Assembly (NCBI GenBank): GCA_024330265.1
Contig: JANDLT010000024.1
Span: 509 to 64,508, forward strand
DNA from: Pyrinomonadaceae bacterium MAG19_C2-C3
GTDB taxonomy: Bacteria > Acidobacteriota > Blastocatellia > Pyrinomonadales > Pyrinomonadaceae
Reading direction: 5' to 3'
Length of the DNA: 64,000 nt
Shown: piece by piece, positions 28,782 through 37,981 of the stretch
Numbering within the stretch: position 1 is the stretch's first letter
Layout of the letters: each line of letters starts with the position of its first letter
Made by a program: the position numbers and the translations under genes
Notes under the pieces: model-generated
Seen by the model: only the letters and a program-made list of their open reading frames with translations
What the model was told of the DNA's origin: nothing
The model's database searches: none

Positions 28782-29846
28782 TCAATTTAAGCTAACACTT
28801 TCGTATTCAAACTCAATATTTAGAAGTGATTTTAGATATTCGATAAACTTCAAATCTTTCGGAGTTGGCGAGTATTGTCCAACAACTACCAGCTTCTTTT
28901 CTCTCAAATCTTTATCAGAGAACGAATAATGCAAAAGTTGTCCAAGTGCTTCTCTGATGCAGTTCGCGGCATATGGCGCGGTTTTTACTTCGTAGAAAAC
29001 AAGGTGATTTGGCTGAAATAATTTAACGTCAATATCATTTTCTTCAAATAAGACAACGCTACTTTCACCAAATTCTTTGATTAGTTTTTTCTTCAAAGCC
29101 AATTGAAGTTTTTTATGTTTTTGTTCAACGTAGGCTGACCGATAAGCAACAGTTCTTATTTGAGGTTTAATATTCAGAATGTCCGATGCTTTTCGCGTTC
29201 TCAGTTTATTTGCTTGAGGTTCCTCAATCTTTTCGTCTGCTCCGTCCTTGTCGCTTTTTTTTCCGAACTTATTCCAAAGATGGCTCATATATTCGTGGAC
29301 ACTTTTATTTGCAGGTTTGTTCTGCATCATCAGTTCTTGAATATCTGAAATTTTCGTTTTTCCGGTAATTTTAAGTCCAAAATTTTCGGCAATCTTATTC
29401 AAAGTTTCTCGTTTATAAATGGGAATCAATCTTTCGTTTGAGTATAAAAAGGCGACTTTCCATTTGAAAAGGTGAGGCAAATTTATTCCATCAATTAAAG
29501 CGAAGTTTCCCTTCTCTGCGAATTCAATAGTTTGAATCAAATTACTTTTTACATTCTCAAATGCTTCATTTCTATTTTCGCCATATCTACTCATCCAAGA
29601 ATATTTTTCATCATCTCTGTAATTTTTGTGAACTTTCTCTTTTGTCTTTCTTTCGTATATTCCAAAAGCGAATGAACTTGAGCCTTTGAAACTTCCTAAA
29701 CTTCGGGTTTTGGTTTCTACCCAATAACAAAACGTGTCGTGATTATTCACACCAACATATTCTTGCAGAGACATTTTCTTAACGTCGTCAAGCGACCATC
29801 TTTCCAAAAAACTATCTAAAAGGTTTGTTAATTCTTGAGCATTCAT
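28782..29846 (-). CDS. AT-rich orphan protein: unknown N-terminal domain + C-terminal PD-(D/E)xK nuclease-like domain
   Basis: The C-terminal pattern YVEQKHKKL...NDIDVKLF...LVFYEVKT...IREALGQLLHY fits E / D / ExK plus a trailing GQLxxY helix. A hand-counted line (29041-29100) is 32% GC, against 58% in adjacent preA. Confidence 0.6.
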   Translation of the reverse strand: MNAQELTNLLDSFLERWSLDDVKKMSLQEYVGVNNHDTFCYWVETKTRSLGSFKGSSSFAFGIYERKTKEKVHKNYRDDEKYSWMSRYGENRNEAFENVKSNLIQTIEFAEKGNFALIDGINLPHLFKWKVAFLYSNERLIPIYKRETLNKIAENFGLKITGKTKISDIQELMMQNKPANKSVHEYMSHLWNKFGKKSDKDGADEKIEEPQANKLRTRKASDILNIKPQIRTVAYRSAYVEQKHKKLQLALKKKLIKEFGESSVVLFEENDIDVKLFQPNHLVFYEVKTAPYAANCIREALGQLLHYSFSDKDLREKKLVVVGQYSPTPKDLKFIEYLKSLLNIEFEYESVSLN

Positions 29847-29887
29847 CTTGTAATAATTTCAGCCAATTCGCGCATAAATGCGTAACT

Positions 29888-30268
29888 CTAAACCGTCGCA
29901 AGTTTTTCCTTCAAAGCCCGCAAAAACGCTTCGTTATTCAAAATCTCATTTTCCAAACTCGCCGTACCTTGCGAATCATTTTCCATTACTTTCCGCAATT
30001 CGTTGTTGATTTGCGTTTGATACGGTGCGGCGTGGGGCGCGGCGGCGCGGCGGCGAAAATACTCCAGAATATCGGCATCGAGATACATTGAGATTTTCAC
30101 CTTACAGTTGGAAAGCGAAGCGTCGCCGGGCTTTGTGACAAAACGTGAGCGGCGGACTTTGTATGTTCCGGGCTTTAACATATCGTCATCAGTCCAGCCT
30201 TTTGCCAAACCTTCCTGATATTCTTCTTCCGTTACCGTATAAGTTAATTCTTTATCCGTTGTATTCAT
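29888..30268 (-). CDS. brnA: BrnA-family antitoxin
   Basis: KISMYLDADILEYFRRRAAA...PYQTQINNELRKVME is the typical BrnA C-terminal ribbon-helix-helix pattern. It overlaps the upstream toxin gene by 17 nt. Confidence 0.8.
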   Translation of the reverse strand: MNTTDKELTYTVTEEEYQEGLAKGWTDDDMLKPGTYKVRRSRFVTKPGDASLSNCKVKISMYLDADILEYFRRRAAAPHAAPYQTQINNELRKVMENDSQGTASLENEILNNEAFLRALKEKLATV

Positions 30269-30527
30269 TGTAAATTTTCACTTGCTTGGCATCGGCTTTT
30301 CTTGCCGAGATAATGCGGATGTTTTCTTCGCGAATTGTGAATGCAACAAAAAGCAGACGAGCCGGCGAAAGTGCGATGATTTGAAAACGAATCTCTTCGT
30401 CGGAATTTAATTCATCGAAAAGTTCGACGGCGTTCTCATCTTGAAACGCCAACTCCGCCTCTTCAAAACTAACGCCGTGCTTTTTGATGTTTTCGACGTT
30501 TTTATCTTCATCCCATTCAAATTCCAT
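30252..30527 (-). CDS. brnT: BrnT-family (DUF497) toxin
   Basis: MEFEWDEDKNVENIKKHGVSFEEAELAF...RIISARKA is the hallmark BrnT pattern. Confidence 0.85.
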   Translation of the reverse strand: MEFEWDEDKNVENIKKHGVSFEEAELAFQDENAVELFDELNSDEEIRFQIIALSPARLLFVAFTIREENIRIISARKADAKQVKIYNEYNG

Positions 30528-30566
30528 AAAGGATTATACCGACACATCTATACGAATCAAGATGAT

Positions 30567-31946
30567 TTATGAAGAACCGGCGAACTTCACGCTTTCGCCC
30601 GTCAATGCCAGATGAATACCTTGCGCCGCGAGTTTCCCATGTTGCGAAGCGTCAACCGCTTCACGCCCGCCGTTGACGCAATCGCCGCCCGCGAAGAATT
30701 TCCTGTTGCCGGTCTGCATCGTGTGCGCGCCCACGACGACGCGCCCCGCCGCATCGAGTTCGACGCCGGGGATACTGGTGAGCAGTGCTTGCATTTTCCC
30801 TTGACCGAGAGCTTTGACGACCATCCCGCAGGGAATATCAAACTCCGAGTTGGGAACGGAACGCACGGAACGCCGACCCGTCGTGTCAGGTTCGCCAAAT
30901 TCCATTCGCACGCAGCGCAGAGCCGCGACGCGATTATTCTCATCAGGCAAAATCTCAACGGGCGCAGTCAGCCACCAAAACTCGACGGCATCCTGTTTCG
31001 CCAACTCGTATTCATATTCATAAGCGGACATCTCGCGTGCGGTGCGACGATAGATCATCAGGACGCGCTCCGCGCCTAATCTTCTCGCTTGCGTCACGGC
31101 GTCAATCGCCGTGTTGCCCGCGCCGATCACAGCGACGGTAGGCGCGATGGGAACATTGAGCCAGTCGCGCGTCTTGATGCGTTCGATAAAATCGAGCGCG
31201 TCATAGACGCCCGTTGAATCTTCGCCCGGAATGTTCAGTCGCGTCGTCGCGCCTAATCCGACACCAACGAAGACGGCATCATGCTTCGCTTGCAGTTCGT
31301 CAAAAGAGATGTCGCGCCCGATTTCAGTATTCAACTTAAACTCGACGCCGAGACGCTCGACCATCTTCGCTTCTTCAACCGAGACGGCTTGCGACATCTT
31401 GTATTCAGCCATGCCGTAAGTGTCCAACCCGCCGGGCAAAGATTTTCTTTCATAAATCGTCACCGCATAACCGAGCCGCGCAAGATACGTCGCACACGAC
31501 AACCCTGCGGGACCCGAACCGACGATGCCGACGGATTTGCCGTTCGCTGCTCCGGCTGTGAACACGTCGCGCCCTCTGTTCATCGCGGCATCGGTCGCGT
31601 AGCGTTGCAGGCGTCCGATCTCAATCGGCTTCGCCATCAAAGTTTTTTCGACGCATGCGCCTTCGCACAACACATCAACCGGACAGACACGCGCGCACGT
31701 CGCGCCAATCGGATTCGCGTCGAAGATGACGCGCGCCGAACCCGTCAGATTTCCACTCGCAATCTTCTTGATGAACGAAGGCACGTCAATATGCGTCGGA
31801 CACGCCCGCGTACACGGCGCGTCATAGCAATAGAGACAGCGATTGGCTTCAAACATCGCTTCCGCTTCCGTTAAAGGCGGCGCAATCTCGCGGAAGTTGC
31901 GTTCGATTTGCTCGATTGCGAGCGGTGAATTGTGCGTCAAAGACAT
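30567..31946 (-). CDS. preT: NAD-dependent dihydropyrimidine dehydrogenase subunit PreT (GltD-like)
   Basis: N-terminal Fe-S cysteines (CLYCYDAPCTRACP; CARVCPVDVLCEGAC) and Rossmann motifs VGIVGSGPAGL and VAVIGAGNTAID. Confidence 0.9.
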   Translation of the reverse strand: MSLTHNSPLAIEQIERNFREIAPPLTEAEAMFEANRCLYCYDAPCTRACPTHIDVPSFIKKIASGNLTGSARVIFDANPIGATCARVCPVDVLCEGACVEKTLMAKPIEIGRLQRYATDAAMNRGRDVFTAGAANGKSVGIVGSGPAGLSCATYLARLGYAVTIYERKSLPGGLDTYGMAEYKMSQAVSVEEAKMVERLGVEFKLNTEIGRDISFDELQAKHDAVFVGVGLGATTRLNIPGEDSTGVYDALDFIERIKTRDWLNVPIAPTVAVIGAGNTAIDAVTQARRLGAERVLMIYRRTAREMSAYEYEYELAKQDAVEFWWLTAPVEILPDENNRVAALRCVRMEFGEPDTTGRRSVRSVPNSEFDIPCGMVVKALGQGKMQALLTSIPGVELDAAGRVVVGAHTMQTGNRKFFAGGDCVNGGREAVDASQHGKLAAQGIHLALTGESVKFAGSS

Positions 31947-31974
31947 AGGCTTTTAAGACAAGGTTGGAGTGTTT

Positions 31975-32844
<870 letters not shown>

Positions 32845-32847
32845 AAA

Positions 32848-34374
32848 TCACTGCTCTCCCTTCAGACTCTTATGACCGTTCATCAAAACGAAATAGACCA
32901 CAAACCCAATGGCAAATGTAACAAACCATGCGTAGGTGTAAATAGTATCGAAAAACACGGGTGCGGCAACTTGTCCGCCGGGCGTCGTCGCGGCGCGTAT
33001 GAATCCGGGAATCACGGGCGCAATCGCAATCACGAGCGCGACAATCGCCCGCCAATTAAAGCCGTTCGAGTAAGAATAAATTCCGTTGGTCTGGAAAAGC
33101 GCGGCGAGGTTCAGTTGCTTCCGACGCAGCACCCAGTAGTCGCAAATCATGATGCCGCCGATTGCGCCCATCAAACCCGAATAGCCGATGAGCCAAGTGA
33201 AAATATACGCGCTCATCGAAGACATCAACTGCCACGGCATCATCAAGATTCCGATGACCGCCGTTATCAATCCGCCCGTCATGTATGAAATAAGTTTCGG
33301 ATTGAGATTCGAGAAATCGTTTGACGGCGAAACGACGTTCGCCGCCATATTCGTCGTCAGTTGCGCGACGAAAATCACAATCATGGCGAACAGAATGACG
33401 GCTACGCTGTCGAATCTTTGAATCAACTTCACGGGGTCGGCAATCGCTTCGCCGTAAATAATCAGCGTCGCACTTGTGACCGCGACGCCGATAAAGGCAA
33501 ACGCCGTCATCGTCAGGGGAAGCCCCAGAGCCTGTCCGAGCATCTGCGATTTTTGCGATTTTGCGTAACGTGTAAAGTCGGGAATGTTCAAACTCAGAGT
33601 CGCCCAGTAACCTACTGAAGCCGTCAACGCGCCGGGAAAAATCGTCCAAAAATTATTCGTCTGTTTCTGCAAAGCGGAAGATTGTGAAAGAACATTTCCC
33701 AACCCGCCCGCCCTCGACGCCGCCCACACGAGCAAGACCAAACCGCCGAGCAACAACAGCGGAGCCGACCAAGATTCGAGATGTTTAATGCCTTCGATGC
33801 CTTTCAAGATGATGATGACCTGTATCAACCAGAAGAGCAGAAACGAAATCCAAGTGTGTAAGGCGACACCGGCAACCATCGCGCCGCCGAACAGATTTCC
33901 CCACCCGCTCCAGATTGCCGCGAGCAGCGCATCAATTGCCGTCCCGCCGATCCAAGTTTGAATCCCGAACCAACCGCAGGCGACGATAGCGCGCAAGATA
34001 GCCGGAACATTCGCGCCCCGCGTGCCGAACGAAGCGCGGCACAGAACGGGAAACGAAACGCCGTATTTCGTTCCGGCGTGCGCGTTGAGAATCATCGGCA
34101 CGAGGACGATTGTGTTTCCCAACAGAATCGTCAACATCGCCTGCCACCAATTCATTCCCGCTTCGATAAACCCGCCTGCCAGCGTGTAAGTCGTGATGAC
34201 GACGCTCATCCCGATCCACAGCGCGGCGATGTTCCACGTTGACCAAGTGCGCTCCCGTATCGAAGTCGGCGCAAGGTCTTTGTTCCACAAAGGACTTGTC
34301 GAAACATCCTCGCGAAGTTCTTCAAAATCTTGACGTGTCGCGGCAATATCCGTCTTTACGATTTCGGTAGCCAT
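32848..34374 (-). CDS. NCS1-family nucleobase:cation symporter
   Basis: Twelve-TM-type hydrophobic profile. The N-terminal motif NKDLAPTSIRERTWSTWNIAALWIGMSV is typical of cytosine/uracil/allantoin permeases. Confidence 0.85.
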   Translation of the reverse strand: MATEIVKTDIAATRQDFEELREDVSTSPLWNKDLAPTSIRERTWSTWNIAALWIGMSVVITTYTLAGGFIEAGMNWWQAMLTILLGNTIVLVPMILNAHAGTKYGVSFPVLCRASFGTRGANVPAILRAIVACGWFGIQTWIGGTAIDALLAAIWSGWGNLFGGAMVAGVALHTWISFLLFWLIQVIIILKGIEGIKHLESWSAPLLLLGGLVLLVWAASRAGGLGNVLSQSSALQKQTNNFWTIFPGALTASVGYWATLSLNIPDFTRYAKSQKSQMLGQALGLPLTMTAFAFIGVAVTSATLIIYGEAIADPVKLIQRFDSVAVILFAMIVIFVAQLTTNMAANVVSPSNDFSNLNPKLISYMTGGLITAVIGILMMPWQLMSSMSAYIFTWLIGYSGLMGAIGGIMICDYWVLRRKQLNLAALFQTNGIYSYSNGFNWRAIVALVIAIAPVIPGFIRAATTPGGQVAAPVFFDTIYTYAWFVTFAIGFVVYFVLMNGHKSLKGEQ

Positions 34375-34383
34375 GTTTGCAGA

Positions 34384-34460
34384 TTAAATGTTCACGCACG
34401 TTCAGCGTTTCAAAAACCGCCTGTCGCCGTGCCTTGTCTTTGTGTTCGCCGTTTTCAACC
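34384..34460 (-). pseudogene. Degenerate duplicate of the last 25 codons or so of the dihydropyrimidinase gene
   Basis: ttaaatgttcacgcacgttc... aligns with 35433-35509 (the true 3' end of hydA). By eye it is roughly four-fifths identical, with one 1-nt indel. It reads VENGEHKDKA... against the genuine VENGEYKGKAGDGQFLKRGTCVNI*. Confidence 0.8.
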
Positions 34461-34487
34461 ACGAAGCACTCCCGTGAAAGATTTTAA

Positions 34488-35159
34488 TTATTCGGGCAAA
34501 GCCAGCCTTGTTAATCTCGCAATCAAATCGCCCAAATAATTTCGCAGTTGGGCAACAGAAACCTCGCCCGGCGGAGTTAAATCATCGCCAAATTTAATCT
34601 GATTCAAGACCCATGCGAGTTGCGCGGGAGTTAAACCCGTGTCCTTTTGTTGTGCGACGGAAAGAGCATCTTCAAGATTAAATCCCGCTTTTTCGAGTTC
34701 CCGAACATCAACCAAATCTCTAACCTCCGAACGCGACAGCAAGGCGCAAAGTTTATTCGCTAAAATTTCTTCGGGCGAATCAATGCGGATACCGCCAATC
34801 TCGCGTTTTTCGCGTTCGAGTTGAAAAACATATTCCCGAACTAAATCAACCACTACGGTTTCGTCGCCGCGCGTTACCAACAAACGGCGAAAATCCGGTG
34901 CGGTTTGAATCGCCTCGACGCTTGCTCCCAAAGTCCGCGCGGCATCTCTGACAATCGCCAAGCCATTTTCAATTTCGTTTTCGAGCGTGAACAAATCAAG
35001 GTCGTTCGTTTCCCTGTGTCCGAGATAAAACCCGACCAGAGCCGCGCCGCCAGTCAAATAGAAGCGGCTTTCGCGCCGGAAAAACTCGCCTAAGAATTCG
35101 GTTTGTAGATTGTTAAGTGCGCTTCTCGTCAAGCAAACCTTCCGCGCGCCAAGATTCAA
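34488..35159 (-). CDS. AbiEii/AbiGii-like nucleotidyltransferase toxin (DUF1814-like)
   Basis: FYLTGGAALVGFYLGHRETNDLDLFT resembles the NTase GG...DxD core of AbiEii toxins. It is a short protein (223 aa) overlapping a small upstream partner gene. Confidence 0.6.
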   Translation of the reverse strand: MNLGARKVCLTRSALNNLQTEFLGEFFRRESRFYLTGGAALVGFYLGHRETNDLDLFTLENEIENGLAIVRDAARTLGASVEAIQTAPDFRRLLVTRGDETVVVDLVREYVFQLEREKREIGGIRIDSPEEILANKLCALLSRSEVRDLVDVRELEKAGFNLEDALSVAQQKDTGLTPAQLAWVLNQIKFGDDLTPPGEVSVAQLRNYLGDLIARLTRLALPE

Positions 35160-35421
35160 ACAAAAACTCCCAAAACTCGCGTCGCCGTCCGAGATGTTTT
35201 GATAATTTCTCCCAATCGCGCCAGACCGCTTGCGGCGTGGTAAATTTCCAAACGTCCGTGTCCCGCGCCTCGCGCAGGATTTTCCCCAACAGGCGCGTCC
35301 GCTCCGCCGCCGAAGCCTCTGACAATCGCCGTTTGAGTTCCGCGACGGTCATCGGTTCGTCCCACAAAAAATATGGCAACGACGAAGGCGAATCTAAATC
35401 GGTTGAAAGATTGTTATTCAT
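35113..35421 (-). CDS. Small upstream partner of the AbiEii-like gene (putative antitoxin, unrecognised family)
   Basis: 102-aa ORF that overlaps the toxin-like gene by 47 nt on the same strand. The role is inferred from operon logic only. Confidence 0.45.
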   Translation of the reverse strand: MNNNLSTDLDSPSSLPYFLWDEPMTVAELKRRLSEASAAERTRLLGKILREARDTDVWKFTTPQAVWRDWEKLSKHLGRRREFWEFLFESWRAEGLLDEKRT

Positions 35422-35432
35422 TTCTCACGTTC

Positions 35433-36812
35433 TTAAATGTTCACGCACGTTCCGCGCTTCAAAAATTGACCGTCGCCAGCCTTGCCTTTGTACTCGCCGT
35501 TTTCGACACGGACGCGCCCGCGCGACAAAACCGTTTCGACTTTGCCTTTCACCGTTTTGCCTTCGTAGGAAGAATAATCCACGTTCATATGTTCATTGGC
35601 GACACCGAAAGTGTGTTCTTTCTCCGCGTCGAAAATCACGATGTCGGCATCCGAGTTGACCGCGATTGTGCCTTTCTTCGGGAACAGCCCGAACATCTTC
35701 GCGGCGGCGGTCGAGGTCAGTTCGACAAAACGATTCAGAGAGATTCTGTTTTCGACGACACCGCCGTTGTAAATCAGCGACATTCGATTTTCCACGCCGG
35801 GCGCGCCGTTCGGAATTTTAGAGAAATCATCGCGCCCAAGTTCCTTCTGCTCCTTCATGCAGAACGGGCAATGGTCGGTCGAGATAACTTGCAAATCATC
35901 CGTCCGCAATCCCTTCCACAATTCCGCTTGATTCCATTTCTCGCGCAGAGGCGGCGTCATCACATACTTCGCGCCGTCCCATCCGTCGCCGTAATCGTCA
36001 AGCGACAGGAAAAGATACTGCGGGCAAGTTTCGGCGAACGCGGGCAGCCCGCGATCACGCGCTTCGCGGACTTGATTGAGCGCATCGGCACACGACAGAT
36101 GAACGATATAGACGGGCGACTCCGCCATCTCTGCAATCGCAATCGCGCGATGCACACCTTCAGCTTCGGCAATCGTCGGACGTGTCAAGGCGTGATACTT
36201 CGGCGCGGTGCGTCCTGCGGCAATGGCGCGTTTGATAATCTCGTTGATGACGATGCCGTTCTCCGCGTGCATACAGACAAGTCCGCCACGCGCGCCCGCC
36301 GCCGACATCGCGCGAAAGATCGTCGCATCATCGGCGAGGAAGACGCCCGGATACGCCATGAACAATTTGAAACTCGTCACGCCTTCATCCATCAACTGAT
36401 ACATTTCGCGTTCCGCACCGTCTTCAAACTCGGTCGTGATGAGATGAAACCCGTAATCAATCGCGGTTTTGCCTTCGGCTTTCTTGTGCCAGTTATCAAC
36501 GCCTTGAATCATTGATTCGCCTTTGTTCTGCACGGCGAAATCAATAATCGTCGTCGTCCCGCCAAACGCGGCGGCTCGTGTGCCAGTAAAAAAATCGTCG
36601 GACGAAGATGTTCCGCCAAACGGCAATTCTAGATGCGTGTGCGGGTCAATCCCGCCGGGTATCACTAGCTTTCCCGCCGCATCAATCACGCGGTCAGTTT
36701 CCATCTCCAACTTCGCGCCGATGACTGAGACAAGTTCATCTTCAACAAGGATGTCGGCTTTGTAATCGTCAACGGCGGTGACGATGCGACCGTTACGGAT
36801 AAGAGTTTTCAT
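35433..36812 (-). CDS. hydA: Dihydropyrimidinase / D-hydantoinase
   Basis: MKTLIRNGRIVT...GGIDPHTHLELPFGGT (metal-binding HxH) and FKLFMAYPG (carboxylated Lys region), at the length typical of cyclic amidohydrolases. Confidence 0.9.
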   Translation of the reverse strand: MKTLIRNGRIVTAVDDYKADILVEDELVSVIGAKLEMETDRVIDAAGKLVIPGGIDPHTHLELPFGGTSSSDDFFTGTRAAAFGGTTTIIDFAVQNKGESMIQGVDNWHKKAEGKTAIDYGFHLITTEFEDGAEREMYQLMDEGVTSFKLFMAYPGVFLADDATIFRAMSAAGARGGLVCMHAENGIVINEIIKRAIAAGRTAPKYHALTRPTIAEAEGVHRAIAIAEMAESPVYIVHLSCADALNQVREARDRGLPAFAETCPQYLFLSLDDYGDGWDGAKYVMTPPLREKWNQAELWKGLRTDDLQVISTDHCPFCMKEQKELGRDDFSKIPNGAPGVENRMSLIYNGGVVENRISLNRFVELTSTAAAKMFGLFPKKGTIAVNSDADIVIFDAEKEHTFGVANEHMNVDYSSYEGKTVKGKVETVLSRGRVRVENGEYKGKAGDGQFLKRGTCVNI

Positions 36813-36895
36813 TTGACTTAAGCCCTTAGCGGGTGTTTGGGAATCGGACTCGGAGAGGCGGAATTAGTTTATAGGTTGGCGGTTGGTTTTCCGCT

Positions 36896-37222
36896 CTCAC
36901 TCCAGAGGAGCGATATATCACTGACGAAGCATATATCGCTCCTCTGGAGCGAACCGCAATGGACGCGCCCGAAGGCTATAAACATCACGCTCCTTCGGAG
37001 CTAAAGCCGCGACCCGAAATCTCGTCTTCGGGGTAAAGCTGCTGAATCTCATCACGCTCCTTCGGAGCTAAAGGCGCGACTCAATTCCCAAAGACACTCT
37101 GAAATACATGACGGATCGTTATGCAATACATGGCGGATCATTACGCTTTTCGCTCTGTTAGGAGCGCAATGTTTATAGCCGCCGACGAAATAGAATCGTC
37201 GCTCCGTTAGGAGCGAGATGTG
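36896..37222. repeat. REP cluster 1 (GCTCC-N4-GGAGC hairpins, several carrying a ctataaacat flank)
   Basis: Copies: ctccagaggagcgatatat/atatatcgctcctctggag; ctataaacatcacgctccttcggagc; atcacgctccttcggagc; cgctctgttaggagcgcaatgtttatagc; cgctccgttaggagcg. The last copy overlaps the RAYT stop. Confidence 0.8.
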
Positions 37223-37686
37223 TCCCCTTCCATGAAATCAAAAATGTATTTGGCGTCAAATTCAACATCGAACTTTTGCAGTAAAGCCAAATACTCGTTT
37301 TTGAACGTGCGGTGACGATGATGACTTTCTTGATTTTGAACGTAACGAATGACTGTGCTTAATTGTGAATGCCCGTAAGAGAATGCGCCGAAACCTTCCT
37401 GCCAACCGAACTTGCCGCGTGCTAGACGCTTCTCGTTAATGAAGTTTGTCGAGCTAACTTTAATGTCGCGTACCAAATCGGACAAAGCCGTGTCGGGCTT
37501 CAATCCGAGCAAGATATGTATATGGTCGGACATGCCGTTAATCGCCAGCAATTTATGCCCTTTGTTGCGAACTATGCCGCTGATGTATTTGTAGATTTCT
37601 TCTTTGTGTTCAGTGTTGATAAGAGTCAAACGCCCGTTCACCGCGAAAACCACTTGAATATAAATTTGTGTGTAGGTGTTCGCCAT
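37207..37686 (-). CDS. REP-associated tyrosine transposase (RAYT; IS200-like Y1 HUH enzyme)
   Basis: The start is taken at MANTYTQIYIQVVFAV. HUH motif SDHIHILL and catalytic Tyr region IRYVQNQESHH. REP hairpins flank it on both sides. Confidence 0.8.
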   Translation of the reverse strand: MANTYTQIYIQVVFAVNGRLTLINTEHKEEIYKYISGIVRNKGHKLLAINGMSDHIHILLGLKPDTALSDLVRDIKVSSTNFINEKRLARGKFGWQEGFGAFSYGHSQLSTVIRYVQNQESHHRHRTFKNEYLALLQKFDVEFDAKYIFDFMEGDTSRS

Positions 37687-37755
37687 TGAGATATGTATTG
37701 CGCTTCTCACGGAACTTGAATTAGGTTGCCGTTCAATTCAAAACAGTCAATCTTT

Positions 37756-37981
37756 AGCTCCGTGAGGAGCATGATGTTTATAGCTGGGTGTCAGGTTTAG
37801 AACACTCGCTCCGTTAGGAGCGACATCACGATTGATGTCGCTCCTAACGGAGCGAACGGCTAATAAAAAAACTGTCAACTATAAACATGCCGTCCCTAAC
37901 GGGACGCGCAAAATTGAAATATCAACTCAAACTAATCATATACGCGCACCGAAGCTATAAACATCGCGCTCCTCACGGAGT
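37756..37981. repeat. REP cluster 2
   Basis: Copies: agctccgtgaggagcatgatgtttatagc; the perfect palindrome cgctccgttaggagcgacatcacgattgatgtcgctcctaacggagcg; ctataaacatgccgtccctaacgggacg; gctataaacatcgcgctcctcacggag, which abuts the aminotransferase stop. Confidence 0.8.

Noticed and set aside
35373-36515. A 380-aa ORF on the plus strand.
   Set aside because: It is entirely antisense to the well-supported dihydropyrimidinase gene. It is Arg/Ala-rich, as is typical of high-GC shadow frames.
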